In this document: positions 1-6,960 of the stretch, in pieces
Layout: every line of letters begins with the position of its first letter
How positions within the stretch are numbered: position 1 is the first letter of the stretch
Virus record (IMG/VR): IMGVR_UViG_3300045988_046971
Span: 1 to 39,555 of that record
Direction: 5' to 3' (one strand)
Origin: a virus
DNA: 39,555 bases
Program-made: the position numbers and the translations under genes
The notes under the pieces: generated by a model
Seen by the model: only the letters and a program-made list of their open reading frames with translations
Database searches by the model: none
What the model was told of the DNA's origin: nothing

Positions 1-55
1 CGGCCTGCTGTTTGCCAGTGTGACACTTGGGTACCCAACAATTTACCTACGTCGC
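1..55. repeat. Terminal direct repeat: bases 1-55 equal 39501-39555 (circular-assembly overlap or terminal redundancy)
   Basis: Read directly: cggcctgctgtttgccagtgtgacacttgggtacccaacaatttacctacgtcgc is present at both ends of the window. Confidence 0.95.
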
Positions 56-184
56 GTTTTGACGCCTACTACCTGTCACACTGGCCCAAAAGCAGTGTGA
101 CAGGTAGTGTGACAGTAACTTGCATAAAATACCGCCACGCACCGATCTACGTCGCATTTTGACGTCTACTACCTGTCAACCACG
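14..184. promoter_or_regulatory. Iteron cluster, left half of non-coding module A (continues from 39285-39500 across the circular junction)
   Basis: TGTCA(C/A)AC or GTGTGACA cores at 18-25, 74-81, 95-102, 107-114 and 174-180. Perfect 15-bp inverted repeat ctacctgtcacactg (69-83) / cagtgtgacaggtag (93-107). A 38-bp direct repeat at 47-84 and 147-184. Confidence 0.6.
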
Positions 185-221
185 CTAATAAATCGGAAAG
201 TGCCATTTTCGGCCAGAAGAT

Positions 222-258
222 ACGAAAAATGCCCCGAGGCAGATATTCGCCTCGGGGC
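222..258 (-). terminator. Rho-independent terminator ending the early/middle operon
   Basis: Perfect 10-bp stem gccccgaggc (231-240) / gcctcggggc (249-258) with an 8-nt loop. On the minus strand it is followed by ATTTTTCGT. It lies 80 bp downstream of the last early gene (stop at 339). Confidence 0.8.
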
Positions 259-338
259 CCTGCAAGCATACGCGCTAAGGCAAAATAGCGCCTTCTACAT
301 ATGCTACAATCGTTCTCTGATATGTTTCTGCGCTGCCT

Positions 339-614
339 TCACTCCTCAAAATCGGCGCAGCAGTTGCCTTCGTTCGTGACTGCGTCCTCGACCGCCGCGA
401 TGATGTACTTCGGCGACCGGCGCTGCGCTCCCTGGAGCTGCGCGATCGCATTGGTCAGGTCCACTTCGCAGATGCAGCAGTCGAGTTCGTCCGATACGAG
501 GCAATGCTTGCATTCGCTGCAATAGCGTCGCTCCCCGCCGAACTCGCGGTCGATGTCTTTATCGAAACACCCAGGAGGCAGGTTATAGCCGCTCGCAGGT
601 TCATATTCAGCCAT
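339..614 (-). CDS. Hypothetical small Cys-rich protein (91 aa)
   Basis: Start taken at internal ATG 614 (GAAAGGGG RBS, 8-nt overlap with the upstream stop). The longer ORF-track extension overlaps the neighbouring gene. Cys clusters CSECKHC, CCIC and CC. Last gene before the terminator. Confidence 0.6.
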   Translation of the reverse strand: MAEYEPASGYNLPPGCFDKDIDREFGGERRYCSECKHCLVSDELDCCICEVDLTNAIAQLQGAQRRSPKYIIAAVEDAVTNEGNCCADFEE

Positions 615-1020
615 GGCAGACCCCTTTCGGTTCGCACTTCTTAAGGAAAATAACGGTCGAGTCGCAGTGCGGGCAGTGATACCTGACCTCGCGCATGAGC
701 GGCTTGCCCTTCTCGCAGACGAACACACGGCCGTTATTGATATGCCCCGCATGGAAATCGATCTGTCCACCGCAGTTGGGGCATTTGATACTTGCATGCA
801 CGTCATTGTCGATACGCCGGCACATGATGCTATCACTATCAGGCGTATACCCAATTGCCGTCGCTTCGCGTTTCACGCCGCGCAATACGGGCACGAGGGA
901 CTCTTTGAAACCAGCCATCACGTTTGCCACGATGGCGTTCGTGGTCTTCGCTGCAGGGCTGTCGGATTTCCACAGCTCGACAGACGGCGATAGTATCGGC
1001 TTCATTTTGCAGTTAGTCAT
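607..1020 (-). CDS. Hypothetical zinc-ribbon protein (137 aa)
   Basis: ATG 1020 preceded by GGAGGTGG. C-terminal CPNCGG...CPHC CxxC pairs. The ORF-track N-terminus (to 1140) overlaps the upstream gene. Confidence 0.6.
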   Translation of the reverse strand: MTNCKMKPILSPSVELWKSDSPAAKTTNAIVANVMAGFKESLVPVLRGVKREATAIGYTPDSDSIMCRRIDNDVHASIKCPNCGGQIDFHAGHINNGRVFVCEKGKPLMREVRYHCPHCDSTVIFLKKCEPKGVCHG

Positions 1021-1360
1021 CTTCAACCACCTCCGCACGGCACTCCGGGCAGTATGTGAAATCTTCCGGGTCGCAGTCTGAATCGCCGTACGTAAACGCC
1101 TTATACCCACATCTGCTGCAATGGAACGATCTCTCGTCATTCGAGAGGTTTCGGCATGTCGGGTTGTCGGGCCAGTCGATCAGGTCGGCGAGCCGCTGGA
1201 ATATGCTGCCGTCGAGGCCGAAGGTGGCATCACGGATCATGTTGAGTACCGATGCCTCATGTGCAATCGTACGGTCGAGGTCCTCATCGTCGACGACGTT
1301 ATCGAGTTGGCGTAAGGTATGCACTACTCGGCGGCGCTTTTCATCACTGATCTCACTCAT
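1013..1360 (-). CDS. Hypothetical protein with C-terminal zinc ribbon (115 aa)
   Basis: ATG 1360 with GGAAGGGAA upstream. CSRCG...CPEC motif and an acidic C-terminus. Confidence 0.6.
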   Translation of the reverse strand: MSEISDEKRRRVVHTLRQLDNVVDDEDLDRTIAHEASVLNMIRDATFGLDGSIFQRLADLIDWPDNPTCRNLSNDERSFHCSRCGYKAFTYGDSDCDPEDFTYCPECRAEVVEDD

Positions 1361-1616
1361 GGTTGAAGATTCCCTTCCAATCGTCGCAATGCTCATTCCA
1401 TCGCTCGATGACCTCGCGCGTCAACTGTACATCACTCGGCCTGCATTCGTTGGCATGCGATCCGGTGAGTACATAGTCTATCTGCGCGAATGTATTACAC
1501 TCCATACATCCGGCTTTGACGGACCGGCTGGCAGTCAAGTTGTCATCGTTTATCTCAATGCGCAAGTGCTCGGTCGAATGGCATTTCGGGCATGGCTTCA
1601 TGGTCGTCATTGACAT
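1353..1616 (-). CDS. Lar-family-like restriction alleviation protein (candidate)
   Basis: 87 aa. N-terminal MKPCPKC, a second Cys pair (CMEC), then EVIERWNE. This matches the recalled Lar-family pattern KPCPFCG...C..C...AI.aWN. Confidence 0.45.
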   Translation of the reverse strand: MSMTTMKPCPKCHSTEHLRIEINDDNLTASRSVKAGCMECNTFAQIDYVLTGSHANECRPSDVQLTREVIERWNEHCDDWKGIFNHE

Positions 1617-2020
1617 TCACCCCTCAGGTTGCGGATGCGCGATGCCACGTCTCGCATGACTGCGTCTGCGCAGGCGTCGTCGCGCGCCGGGCAAGACATG
1701 CAATCATCGCCTAATTCGTGAAAGTAGTGACAGGGGCCGTATGTTTGCCCATCATCGAACGCAGCCAAGTCCTCCTCTAGCTGTTCCCAGCTGTCGGGCC
1801 GGGTGATGTACATGAGCTCGGGGTCGAGCCGTCTAAACGTATCTGTGGTCGCCCACCACTGGCCCGCCACACTGTCGCTCGTGTCGAAGTCAGTCGTGTA
1901 GATCCACTGCGTGATGTTGTAGGCATTGCCGCTGGCGCCGAATAACTTTGTGGTATCCAGTGGAATCTCGCGGCCCTCTACGTCTTTGGGTAACTCGATA
2001 TTAGCCATGTCTTTCTCCAT
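1607..2020 (-). CDS. Hypothetical protein (137 aa; alternative start ATG 2008)
   Basis: Uninterrupted ORF in the operon frame, acidic, with a C-terminal Cys cluster (CHYF..DDCMSC..C). No family recognised. Confidence 0.6.
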   Translation of the reverse strand: MEKDMANIELPKDVEGREIPLDTTKLFGASGNAYNITQWIYTTDFDTSDSVAGQWWATTDTFRRLDPELMYITRPDSWEQLEEDLAAFDDGQTYGPCHYFHELGDDCMSCPARDDACADAVMRDVASRIRNLRGECQ

Positions 2021-2023
2021 TTC

Positions 2024-2323
2024 TCAGAGCCTGCCTCGGTCCCAGTTGCGCTCGTCCATACGCTTGATGGCGGCGTCGACTTCGCCCTGCGTGGCGCCTA
2101 CTGCCGCCAAAAGGTTAGCGACAGCCTGTACTGTGTCCATGCACTCATCGATGAGGTCCTCGCGGAATGCCCAGCGTATTGTCGTCGTGGCATATCGTGT
2201 GTCGTCGCACTTCTGCCACGCGCCGAACACCTCTGCGGCCTTCTCAAGTGGCTTGAGTGCCTGACCTTTGCTGTCCTTTACCTCATTGAACACACGCATG
2301 TTCAACAGATACCCGTCAATCAT
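2024..2323 (-). CDS. MazG-like all-alpha NTP pyrophosphohydrolase (candidate), paralog 1
   Basis: 99 aa; AGGA RBS. LEKAAEVF and DECMDTVQAV acidic helices, ending ERNWDRGRL. Clearly paralogous to the protein at 3341-3625. Confidence 0.4.
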   Translation of the reverse strand: MIDGYLLNMRVFNEVKDSKGQALKPLEKAAEVFGAWQKCDDTRYATTTIRWAFREDLIDECMDTVQAVANLLAAVGATQGEVDAAIKRMDERNWDRGRL

Positions 2324-2335
2324 CGTCTATCCTTT

Positions 2336-3163
2336 CTAAATACATTGGTCGATTACGGCCTTACCTCGCAGCTGGCCGATCCACTTTGGTGGGATGGCCT
2401 CGAAGCCGTAATACGTGCCGGCTAGCGCACCGGCGACTGCCGCAGTGGTGTCTGTATCGTCACCGAGGTTGACGGCTTTGAGCACACAATCTTCGTATGC
2501 GCTCGTATTCAAGAAACACCATAGCGCAGCCTCGAGCGTGTGCTCGCAGTAGCCGTCGCTTTTGACTGCATCGACGGGTCTCGACGCGATGTACCCGTAT
2601 CTATGCCAGAGGTCGCCCTTCGCCGGCGTGCCGACATTGCGGATAGTCCGCAAAATATCGCACAACGCAACGCATGACCACTCGGCCACTGGGTGTGCAT
2701 GGGTAATCGCCGAGACCTCGCGTATATCGTAGGGTTCGATGGGGTCGAGCATAGCGAGCGGTGCCGTCCTCATGAGCGAGCCGTTGCCGCAGCCGTCGTA
2801 TGACTTCGCAGGCACACCCATCGAGATCGCCTTCCGACATGTCATGCCGACGTCGAACGCACGCCCGTCACACGTGAAATCACCACGCTCCAGCCACCGG
2901 CGGAACATGTAGGCGATGTCCGCCACATCGATGTACCCAAGTCGCTTGATGCTCGCACATATGCACAGGGCCATCGACGTGTCGTCAGACCAAGTGCCGG
3001 CATACTGCTTATGTGTGCCGTCGCCGACCATGCCAGTGCATTCGAACGCGCCGCGCTCGCGGAACTCATATGGCACACCGAGGGCATCGCCGACTGCGAG
3101 CCCGTATATACATGAGCGCATGCGGTCCCTGTCATAATGCACACAATTATATGTGGTCGACAT
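2336..3163 (-). CDS. ADP-ribosylglycohydrolase (ARH/DraG family)
   Basis: 275 aa from ATG 3163 (AGGAGG RBS). Family motifs GLAVGDALGVPYEF, WSDDTSM, GNGSLMRTAPLA and LGDDTDTTAAVAGALAGTYYG (metal-binding Asp/Thr clusters). The ORF-track extension to 3271 is Arg/Ser-rich junk. Confidence 0.85.
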   Translation of the reverse strand: MSTTYNCVHYDRDRMRSCIYGLAVGDALGVPYEFRERGAFECTGMVGDGTHKQYAGTWSDDTSMALCICASIKRLGYIDVADIAYMFRRWLERGDFTCDGRAFDVGMTCRKAISMGVPAKSYDGCGNGSLMRTAPLAMLDPIEPYDIREVSAITHAHPVAEWSCVALCDILRTIRNVGTPAKGDLWHRYGYIASRPVDAVKSDGYCEHTLEAALWCFLNTSAYEDCVLKAVNLGDDTDTTAAVAGALAGTYYGFEAIPPKWIGQLRGKAVIDQCI

Positions 3164-3341
3164 AGCGCACCTCCTTCGCCTCATACTCGCCGACGGTGCC
3201 ATCCGCGAACTCGACGAGCCCGACGGGCTTCTGGTTGTTCCCGAGGAAACCGCCTCGCTGGAACCACCCAATCAAGCTGCCGTCGTGTCCATGCACCGTG
3301 ACCGGCCTCCGCTCCATGGCCACGACCACTTCAAGCTGCAT
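3147..3341 (-). CDS. Hypothetical protein (64 aa)
   Basis: ATG 3341 overlaps the upstream TGA by 1 nt. GAGGGG RBS. No family recognised. Confidence 0.55.
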   Translation of the reverse strand: MQLEVVVAMERRPVTVHGHDGSLIGWFQRGGFLGNNQKPVGLVEFADGTVGEYEAKEVRYVDHI

Positions 3342-3625
3342 CAATACCTACCCCTCTTCATGTTTCGTTTCTCGCAACGTGCCATCAGCTCCGACATATC
3401 ATCGATGCCGACCGATGCGACGCAGTTGACGACTGCTTGGATCACATCGGCGGCTTTGTCGAGCATTTTGTCGCGTGCCTTCGCAGAATACCTCTGGTTG
3501 TCGCGGCGCTGAATCCAAAAATGCCACGCGACGAAGAACTCCGCCGCCTCCTCAAGCGGTCTCGTGAATTGCTGCCGATCGTCGGCGTAGACATATTTGA
3601 ACGGCTTCACATCACCGATCCGCAC
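3341..3625 (-). CDS. MazG-like all-alpha NTP pyrophosphohydrolase (candidate), paralog 2
   Basis: 94 aa; GTG start 3625 after GGGAGG. LEEAAEFF and KAADVIQAV motifs, ending KRNMKRGRY. Collinear with the 2024-2323 product. Confidence 0.4.
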   Translation of the reverse strand: MRIGDVKPFKYVYADDRQQFTRPLEEAAEFFVAWHFWIQRRDNQRYSAKARDKMLDKAADVIQAVVNCVASVGIDDMSELMARCEKRNMKRGRY

Positions 3626-3641
3626 TGTGATACCTCCCTCC

Positions 3642-3812
3642 TCATCGGTCTTTGACCATGTACTCGATGCACATGCCGATCAGCGGCAAGAACAGGAACG
3701 CATACTCGCCGCCTACGGCGAAATAGCCCCTGTCTGCGAACGCGTATGCAGCGGCGACGGCCGTGGCCACAATCCCCACGATCGTCAACATTGTGTAGAC
3801 AAAATCACGCAT
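3642..3812 (-). CDS. Small membrane protein (56 aa, two hydrophobic helices)
   Basis: ATG 3812. Hydrophobic stretches MLTIVGIVATAVAAAYAF and YAFLFLPLIGMCI. The ORF-track N-terminal extension is an Arg/His-rich out-of-context sequence. Confidence 0.55.
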   Translation of the reverse strand: MRDFVYTMLTIVGIVATAVAAAYAFADRGYFAVGGEYAFLFLPLIGMCIEYMVKDR

Positions 3813-3814
3813 CG

Positions 3815-4096
3815 TTAGTCCTCTCGTTGGAAATCGTTGCAGTCTGCACTGATCGCACGTGCGCGGATGCACGCCTCGTCGCACGTGCGCGCCATGACGC
3901 GGATGTCTGGGCCGTCTAGGCGCCCAGCGCGCCACGGCACGAACGGCGTGCCGAAGTCGATGACGCATGCTTTCCAACCATGCGCACGATAACGATCCAT
4001 AGTGGCGAGCGCCTCGATATAGCCCCATTCTGGGATATCGAATGGCTCGGCATCCTCGTCTTCCGGTGGCATGACGAAAACGATATACTCAGGCAT
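3815..4096 (-). CDS. Hypothetical protein (93 aa)
   Basis: ATG 4096 preceded by GAGGAGG. Acidic N-terminus. Confidence 0.6.
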   Translation of the reverse strand: MPEYIVFVMPPEDEDAEPFDIPEWGYIEALATMDRYRAHGWKACVIDFGTPFVPWRAGRLDGPDIRVMARTCDEACIRARAISADCNDFQRED

Positions 4097-4280
4097 TTGT
4101 TCCTCCTCGCTTAGATATGTCGTGCCCCATACGGGCAAATGCTGCTTCGATAGACTCATACACACCTACGCGCCAGCTGTCGCAGTGTTCGTCAATCTCG
4201 TGAAGTTCGTAACCACGGGGCACCTTATCAATGATGAACGTGATGTTCTTACCGTGTGTCATGATGTCGATTTCAATCAT
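4089..4280 (-). CDS. Hypothetical protein (63 aa)
   Basis: ATG 4280 preceded by AAGGAG. Confidence 0.55.
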   Translation of the reverse strand: MIEIDIMTHGKNITFIIDKVPRGYELHEIDEHCDSWRVGVYESIEAAFARMGHDISKRGGTNA

Positions 4281-4292
4281 CGTAGCTCCTTG

Positions 4293-4496
4293 CTAGTTGA
4301 TCTCCGCGTAGCACATCGTGCCCTGACGGTTTTCGTAAATCACAATTTCGTCGAGGATCGCACTACCAAATTCATTCGCGACACGCTTGGCGACGATGTC
4401 CTTCGAGAAATACACACGGAGGCCGTTCTTGGGGCAACGGCCGTGGGTGAGGCAATTCGACGCGATGAAATCGTTGACCTCGTCGATATCAAACAT
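4293..4496 (-). CDS. Hypothetical protein (67 aa)
   Basis: ATG 4496 preceded by AAGGAGG inside the conserved 28-bp promoter/leader box. Confidence 0.6.
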   Translation of the reverse strand: MFDIDEVNDFIASNCLTHGRCPKNGLRVYFSKDIVAKRVANEFGSAILDEIVIYENRQGTMCYAEIN

Positions 4497-4501
4497 TTTG
4501 T

Positions 4502-4530
4502 TCCTCCTTCTGGTTGACAAGGTCATTATA
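4502..4530 (-). promoter_or_regulatory. Conserved promoter/leader box copy 1 (TATAAT -10 plus leader plus RBS)
   Basis: The minus strand reads TATAATgaccttgtcaaccagaaggagga followed by the ATG at 4496. The 28-mer tcctccttctggttgacaaggtcattat (4502-4529) is identical to 6486-6513. Confidence 0.6.
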
Positions 4531-4582
4531 CTACTTTCGGCGCATCGATATTTCGATAAATTGAAAGTAATTTCGAAATACT

Positions 4583-4804
4583 TTAACACTGTTGCTGATC
4601 GACGAGATCTGCCAGTTTATCGAACAGCTCGTAGACAGGCATGTCTGCGTATATATCCATGTCGTCCATACCGAAAGCAGTGAGCACACTCTCGGTGAAA
4701 TGGTAGTTCGACATGTTGAAAATCGTGTCGTCCTCATTGTAGTCGCGCCAGTAATCAGCTTCTGTGCGAAGGCGCTTGGCTATCTCTTTAGTGTCGGTGA
4801 TCAT
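4583..4804 (-). CDS. Hypothetical acidic protein (73 aa)
   Basis: ATG 4804 in an ATGA overlap with the upstream stop. Confidence 0.55.
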   Translation of the reverse strand: MITDTKEIAKRLRTEADYWRDYNEDDTIFNMSNYHFTESVLTAFGMDDMDIYADMPVYELFDKLADLVDQQQC

Positions 4805-5076
4805 TTGTCTGTCAAGTCCTCTCCACACCACGGGCAATACCGTGGGATCGTCTCAAACTCGGTCCAACTCGTGATATAGCAATCGTCATGCTCATAATGC
4901 ACGACACCGAAGACGAGGTCGCATCTAGGGCAATGGACGGCGTCGACTGGGTCGACGTCCCCTATCGCGACCATCTCGTCAGCATCGACTATCTTGCGCG
5001 GCTTCCACTTCTGGTGCGATGGGGTCGCACCGCACGTCGGACAATCGACAGGCCTCGCAAACTTAATTCGTCCCAT
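4801..5076 (-). CDS. Hypothetical double zinc-ribbon protein (91 aa)
   Basis: ATG 5076 after GAGGAG. CPTCG...CPRC and C...CPWCG motifs. The remaining 140 aa of the ORF-track entry (to 5496) overlap the 276-aa gene and are low-complexity. Confidence 0.6.
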   Translation of the reverse strand: MGRIKFARPVDCPTCGATPSHQKWKPRKIVDADEMVAIGDVDPVDAVHCPRCDLVFGVVHYEHDDCYITSWTEFETIPRYCPWCGEDLTDK

Positions 5077-5893
5077 CGGTGATCTCCTCAACGTGGTCGA
5101 GGTCGACGACCACCTCGCCGACGACCTCGCCGTCGACCTCGACGTCGGCGCCCTCGTGCTGCAGGCGCTTCTCGACTTCGGCCATGAACTCCGTGGCCTT
5201 CTCGGCATACACGCCGACAGTGGGCTCGCCGGCGAACAGGCGTTCGTCGTAGCAGCGCTGTGCACGGCGGTTGCCGATCTTGAACAGGTACTCAAACGTG
5301 AGCTCAGCCGCACCGGCCATGTACAGGTCGCCGGTGAACACGATCTCACGCTTGTCGACTTCCATGCCGACGCCGAAGTATGCCGACACGGTATCGGCCA
5401 AGTCGTAACGCCAGTGCTTGCGGCTGCCGACAGTCGTATGCTCAGAACGGGTGCCCTCGTCGCCGTTGGCAGCCCTGGCCTCGCGTGCTGCATCATACAC
5501 CTGCACGGCCTTGTCGATCAGTTGGAACTCATCGATACCCTTCGTGCGGCGGTCACGGAGGTTGGCGGCAACTGCCTGGCGGAAGCCGGCGTAGTCCACA
5601 GGCGCGTCCTCGATGATCACGTCGCCGGTCTCGCCGTACTTGAATTTCTTGCCGCTGTCTTCGGGCTCGTCCTCGGCCTTGGTGAGGTCGATGTGCACGA
5701 CCTGGTCGGCGAGGCAGAACATATGGCGGAAGTCCTTCGCGACCGTGAGGTCGTCGCCCTTCTTTGCGATGACGCCCTTGCGGTAGAGCGACGGGAACGG
5801 GTTCGCCGGCATCTCGACCAGCACACCCTTCTTGTCGATTGCGCACTCGTTGATGAAACCGAGCTCTTTCTCAGTGAACGTTACCTCTGCCAT
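5063..5893 (-). CDS. Hypothetical protein (276 aa)
   Basis: ATG 5893 with AAAGGAAA RBS. Acidic Val/Glu-rich C-terminal tail. The central region (HWRYDLADTVSAYFG...ELTFEYLFKIGNRR) vaguely recalls DUF2786/DUF7168-type phage proteins, but I cannot verify this. Confidence 0.6.
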   Translation of the reverse strand: MAEVTFTEKELGFINECAIDKKGVLVEMPANPFPSLYRKGVIAKKGDDLTVAKDFRHMFCLADQVVHIDLTKAEDEPEDSGKKFKYGETGDVIIEDAPVDYAGFRQAVAANLRDRRTKGIDEFQLIDKAVQVYDAAREARAANGDEGTRSEHTTVGSRKHWRYDLADTVSAYFGVGMEVDKREIVFTGDLYMAGAAELTFEYLFKIGNRRAQRCYDERLFAGEPTVGVYAEKATEFMAEVEKRLQHEGADVEVDGEVVGEVVVDLDHVEEITDGTN

Positions 5894-5923
5894 GGTGTTT
5901 CCTTTCTCCTTGTGTTGATGGCA

Positions 5924-6277
5924 TTAAATGGACTGGCTGAGTAGATAGGCCACAGTGACTTCGAAAACTACAGAACCTGCATCATCAAGTTGCCTGAGGA
6001 TGCGGTGGGCGTCGAGTTTATCAAGTCGGCACAAATTGACGATATACGAGATGTCGACGAAATCTGAAACATACGGGTCTCTGAGTACGTCACTGATAAC
6101 GTCTATCTTCTCGATAATGTCAATCGACGGCCATTCTGGGCATATGCGTCGCGCCGTCGATGACTTCTCTTTGCCGCCTTTATCGATACGAACTTCGAAA
6201 GTGGGCACGTAATCGTATTCACCCGTTTCGTTCTCAAGGTGCGGAATGACCTTGACGGTGTAGAACTCTTTAGCCAT
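5924..6277 (-). CDS. Hypothetical protein (117 aa; alternative start 6292)
   Basis: ATG 6277 preceded by AAAGGAAAC. Confidence 0.55.
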   Translation of the reverse strand: MAKEFYTVKVIPHLENETGEYDYVPTFEVRIDKGGKEKSSTARRICPEWPSIDIIEKIDVISDVLRDPYVSDFVDISYIVNLCRLDKLDAHRILRQLDDAGSVVFEVTVAYLLSQSI

Positions 6278-6292
6278 GATGTTTCCTTTCAT

Positions 6293-6481
6293 TTAGTGCA
6301 TGAGCATTTCGATGCGGTCGATCGCCGCTGCCTCGGAGCCGAACACGCCGCGGAACGACTCGCAACCGAAATCAGGGTCGACCTCGGCGAGGAACACCTT
6401 GTTGGTGGATGTGTCGTGGCGTACGACGAACGTATGCTCGTAACCGAGTACGTCCTGCTTGGTGATCTTGATGGGCTTCAT
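6293..6481 (-). CDS. Hypothetical protein (62 aa)
   Basis: ATG 6481 preceded by AAGGAGG inside promoter/leader box copy 2. Confidence 0.55.
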   Translation of the reverse strand: MKPIKITKQDVLGYEHTFVVRHDTSTNKVFLAEVDPDFGCESFRGVFGSEAAAIDRIEMLMH

Positions 6482-6485
6482 TTGC

Positions 6486-6514
6486 TCCTCCTTCTGGTTG
6501 ACAAGGTCATTATC
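6486..6514 (-). promoter_or_regulatory. Conserved promoter/leader box copy 2 (GATAAT -10 with upstream TG)
   Basis: The minus strand reads gtgGGATAATgaccttgtcaaccagaaggaggagcaaATG. The 28-mer at 6486-6513 is identical to 4502-4529. Confidence 0.6.
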
Positions 6515-6615
6515 CCACGGACCAGCACGCGTGTACGTACTTAATTTCAAATAAATCAAAAATAATTTCGATCAATTTAAAATTAAGTATGTACTTTCAG
6601 GTAGTTACCGGGTAA

Positions 6616-6645
6616 TATAATCTTGTCAACCACGAGGAAGGGAAA
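6616..6645 (+). promoter_or_regulatory. Divergent promoter/leader box copy 3 driving the only plus-strand gene
   Basis: The plus strand reads TATAATcttgtcaaccacgaggaagggaaacaccATG. It has the same TATAAT / cttgtcaacca / purine-rich RBS layout as copies 1 and 2. Confidence 0.5.
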
Positions 6646-6649
6646 CACC

Positions 6650-6895
6650 ATGACTAAGACTTTCGACGATGCCGTCAAGCTCGAGCGCGTCCAGTACAAG
6701 CAGCCGTTCAATGAGGCGTACGAAATCACCAACTGTGACCGCCGCGTGAAGATCGTCCTCGACGACAACTGCGTGCATTATGTCCGCTTTAAGGCAGCTA
6801 ACCGCGGTCAGTGGAAGTCAATGGGCCGCAAGGAGTTCGAGACCGCAAACAAGCAACTTTGCATCAAGAACGCCCTCAAGTGGGTCAACGCCTAA
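6650..6895 (+). CDS. Hypothetical protein (81 aa), the only plus-strand gene
   Basis: ATG 6650 after GAGGAAGGG. It has its own TATAAT box and its own downstream hairpin plus T-rich terminator. No family recognised. Confidence 0.6.
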   Translation: MTKTFDDAVKLERVQYKQPFNEAYEITNCDRRVKIVLDDNCVHYVRFKAANRGQWKSMGRKEFETANKQLCIKNALKWVNA

Positions 6896-6907
6896 TAGCA
6901 TTACGTG

Positions 6908-6948
6908 TGATAAAATAGGAGGTGCGGTTTTGGGCCACCGCACCTTCC
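6908..6948 (-). terminator. Terminator for the minus-strand nucleotide-metabolism operon
   Basis: Stem aggtgcggt (6920-6928) / accgcacct (6937-6945). On the minus strand it is followed by CCTATTTTATC. Confidence 0.6.
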
Positions 6949-6960
6949 TCCATTGTGGGG

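Noticed and set aside
1-55. Interpreting the 55-bp terminal repeat as a genuine short direct terminal repeat of the virion DNA.
   Set aside because: The repeat cuts through the middle of the conserved module A (between the AT-rich core and the next iteron) at a position with no special sequence feature. A fixed-length exact overlap is the expected artefact of circular contig assembly. This remains unproven without reads.
69-107. The 15-bp (69-107) and 13-bp (17048-17085) perfect inverted repeats as rho-independent terminators.
   Set aside because: Neither is followed by a U-tract on either strand, and both arms are copies of the iteron. Protein-binding palindromes are the more likely explanation. 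The real early terminator is the separate hairpin at 222-258.
301-525. A plus-strand 74-aa ORF at the left end, as a possible gene in the module A region.
   Set aside because: It overlaps the Cys-rich minus-strand gene at 339-614, has no RBS and has a Ser/Ala-rich composition.
2336-3271. N-terminal extensions in the ORF track. Examples are the ARH to 3271, terL to 38683, the gp10-like gene to 33115, the scaffold to 32606, Dit to 26565, 4801-5496, 3642-4028 and 339-854.
   Set aside because: The extensions overlap the upstream gene and translate to Arg/Ser/Pro-rich junk. They ignore internal ATG or GTG codons that have strong AGGAGG-type RBSs placed at or just after the upstream stop. The shorter starts were used.
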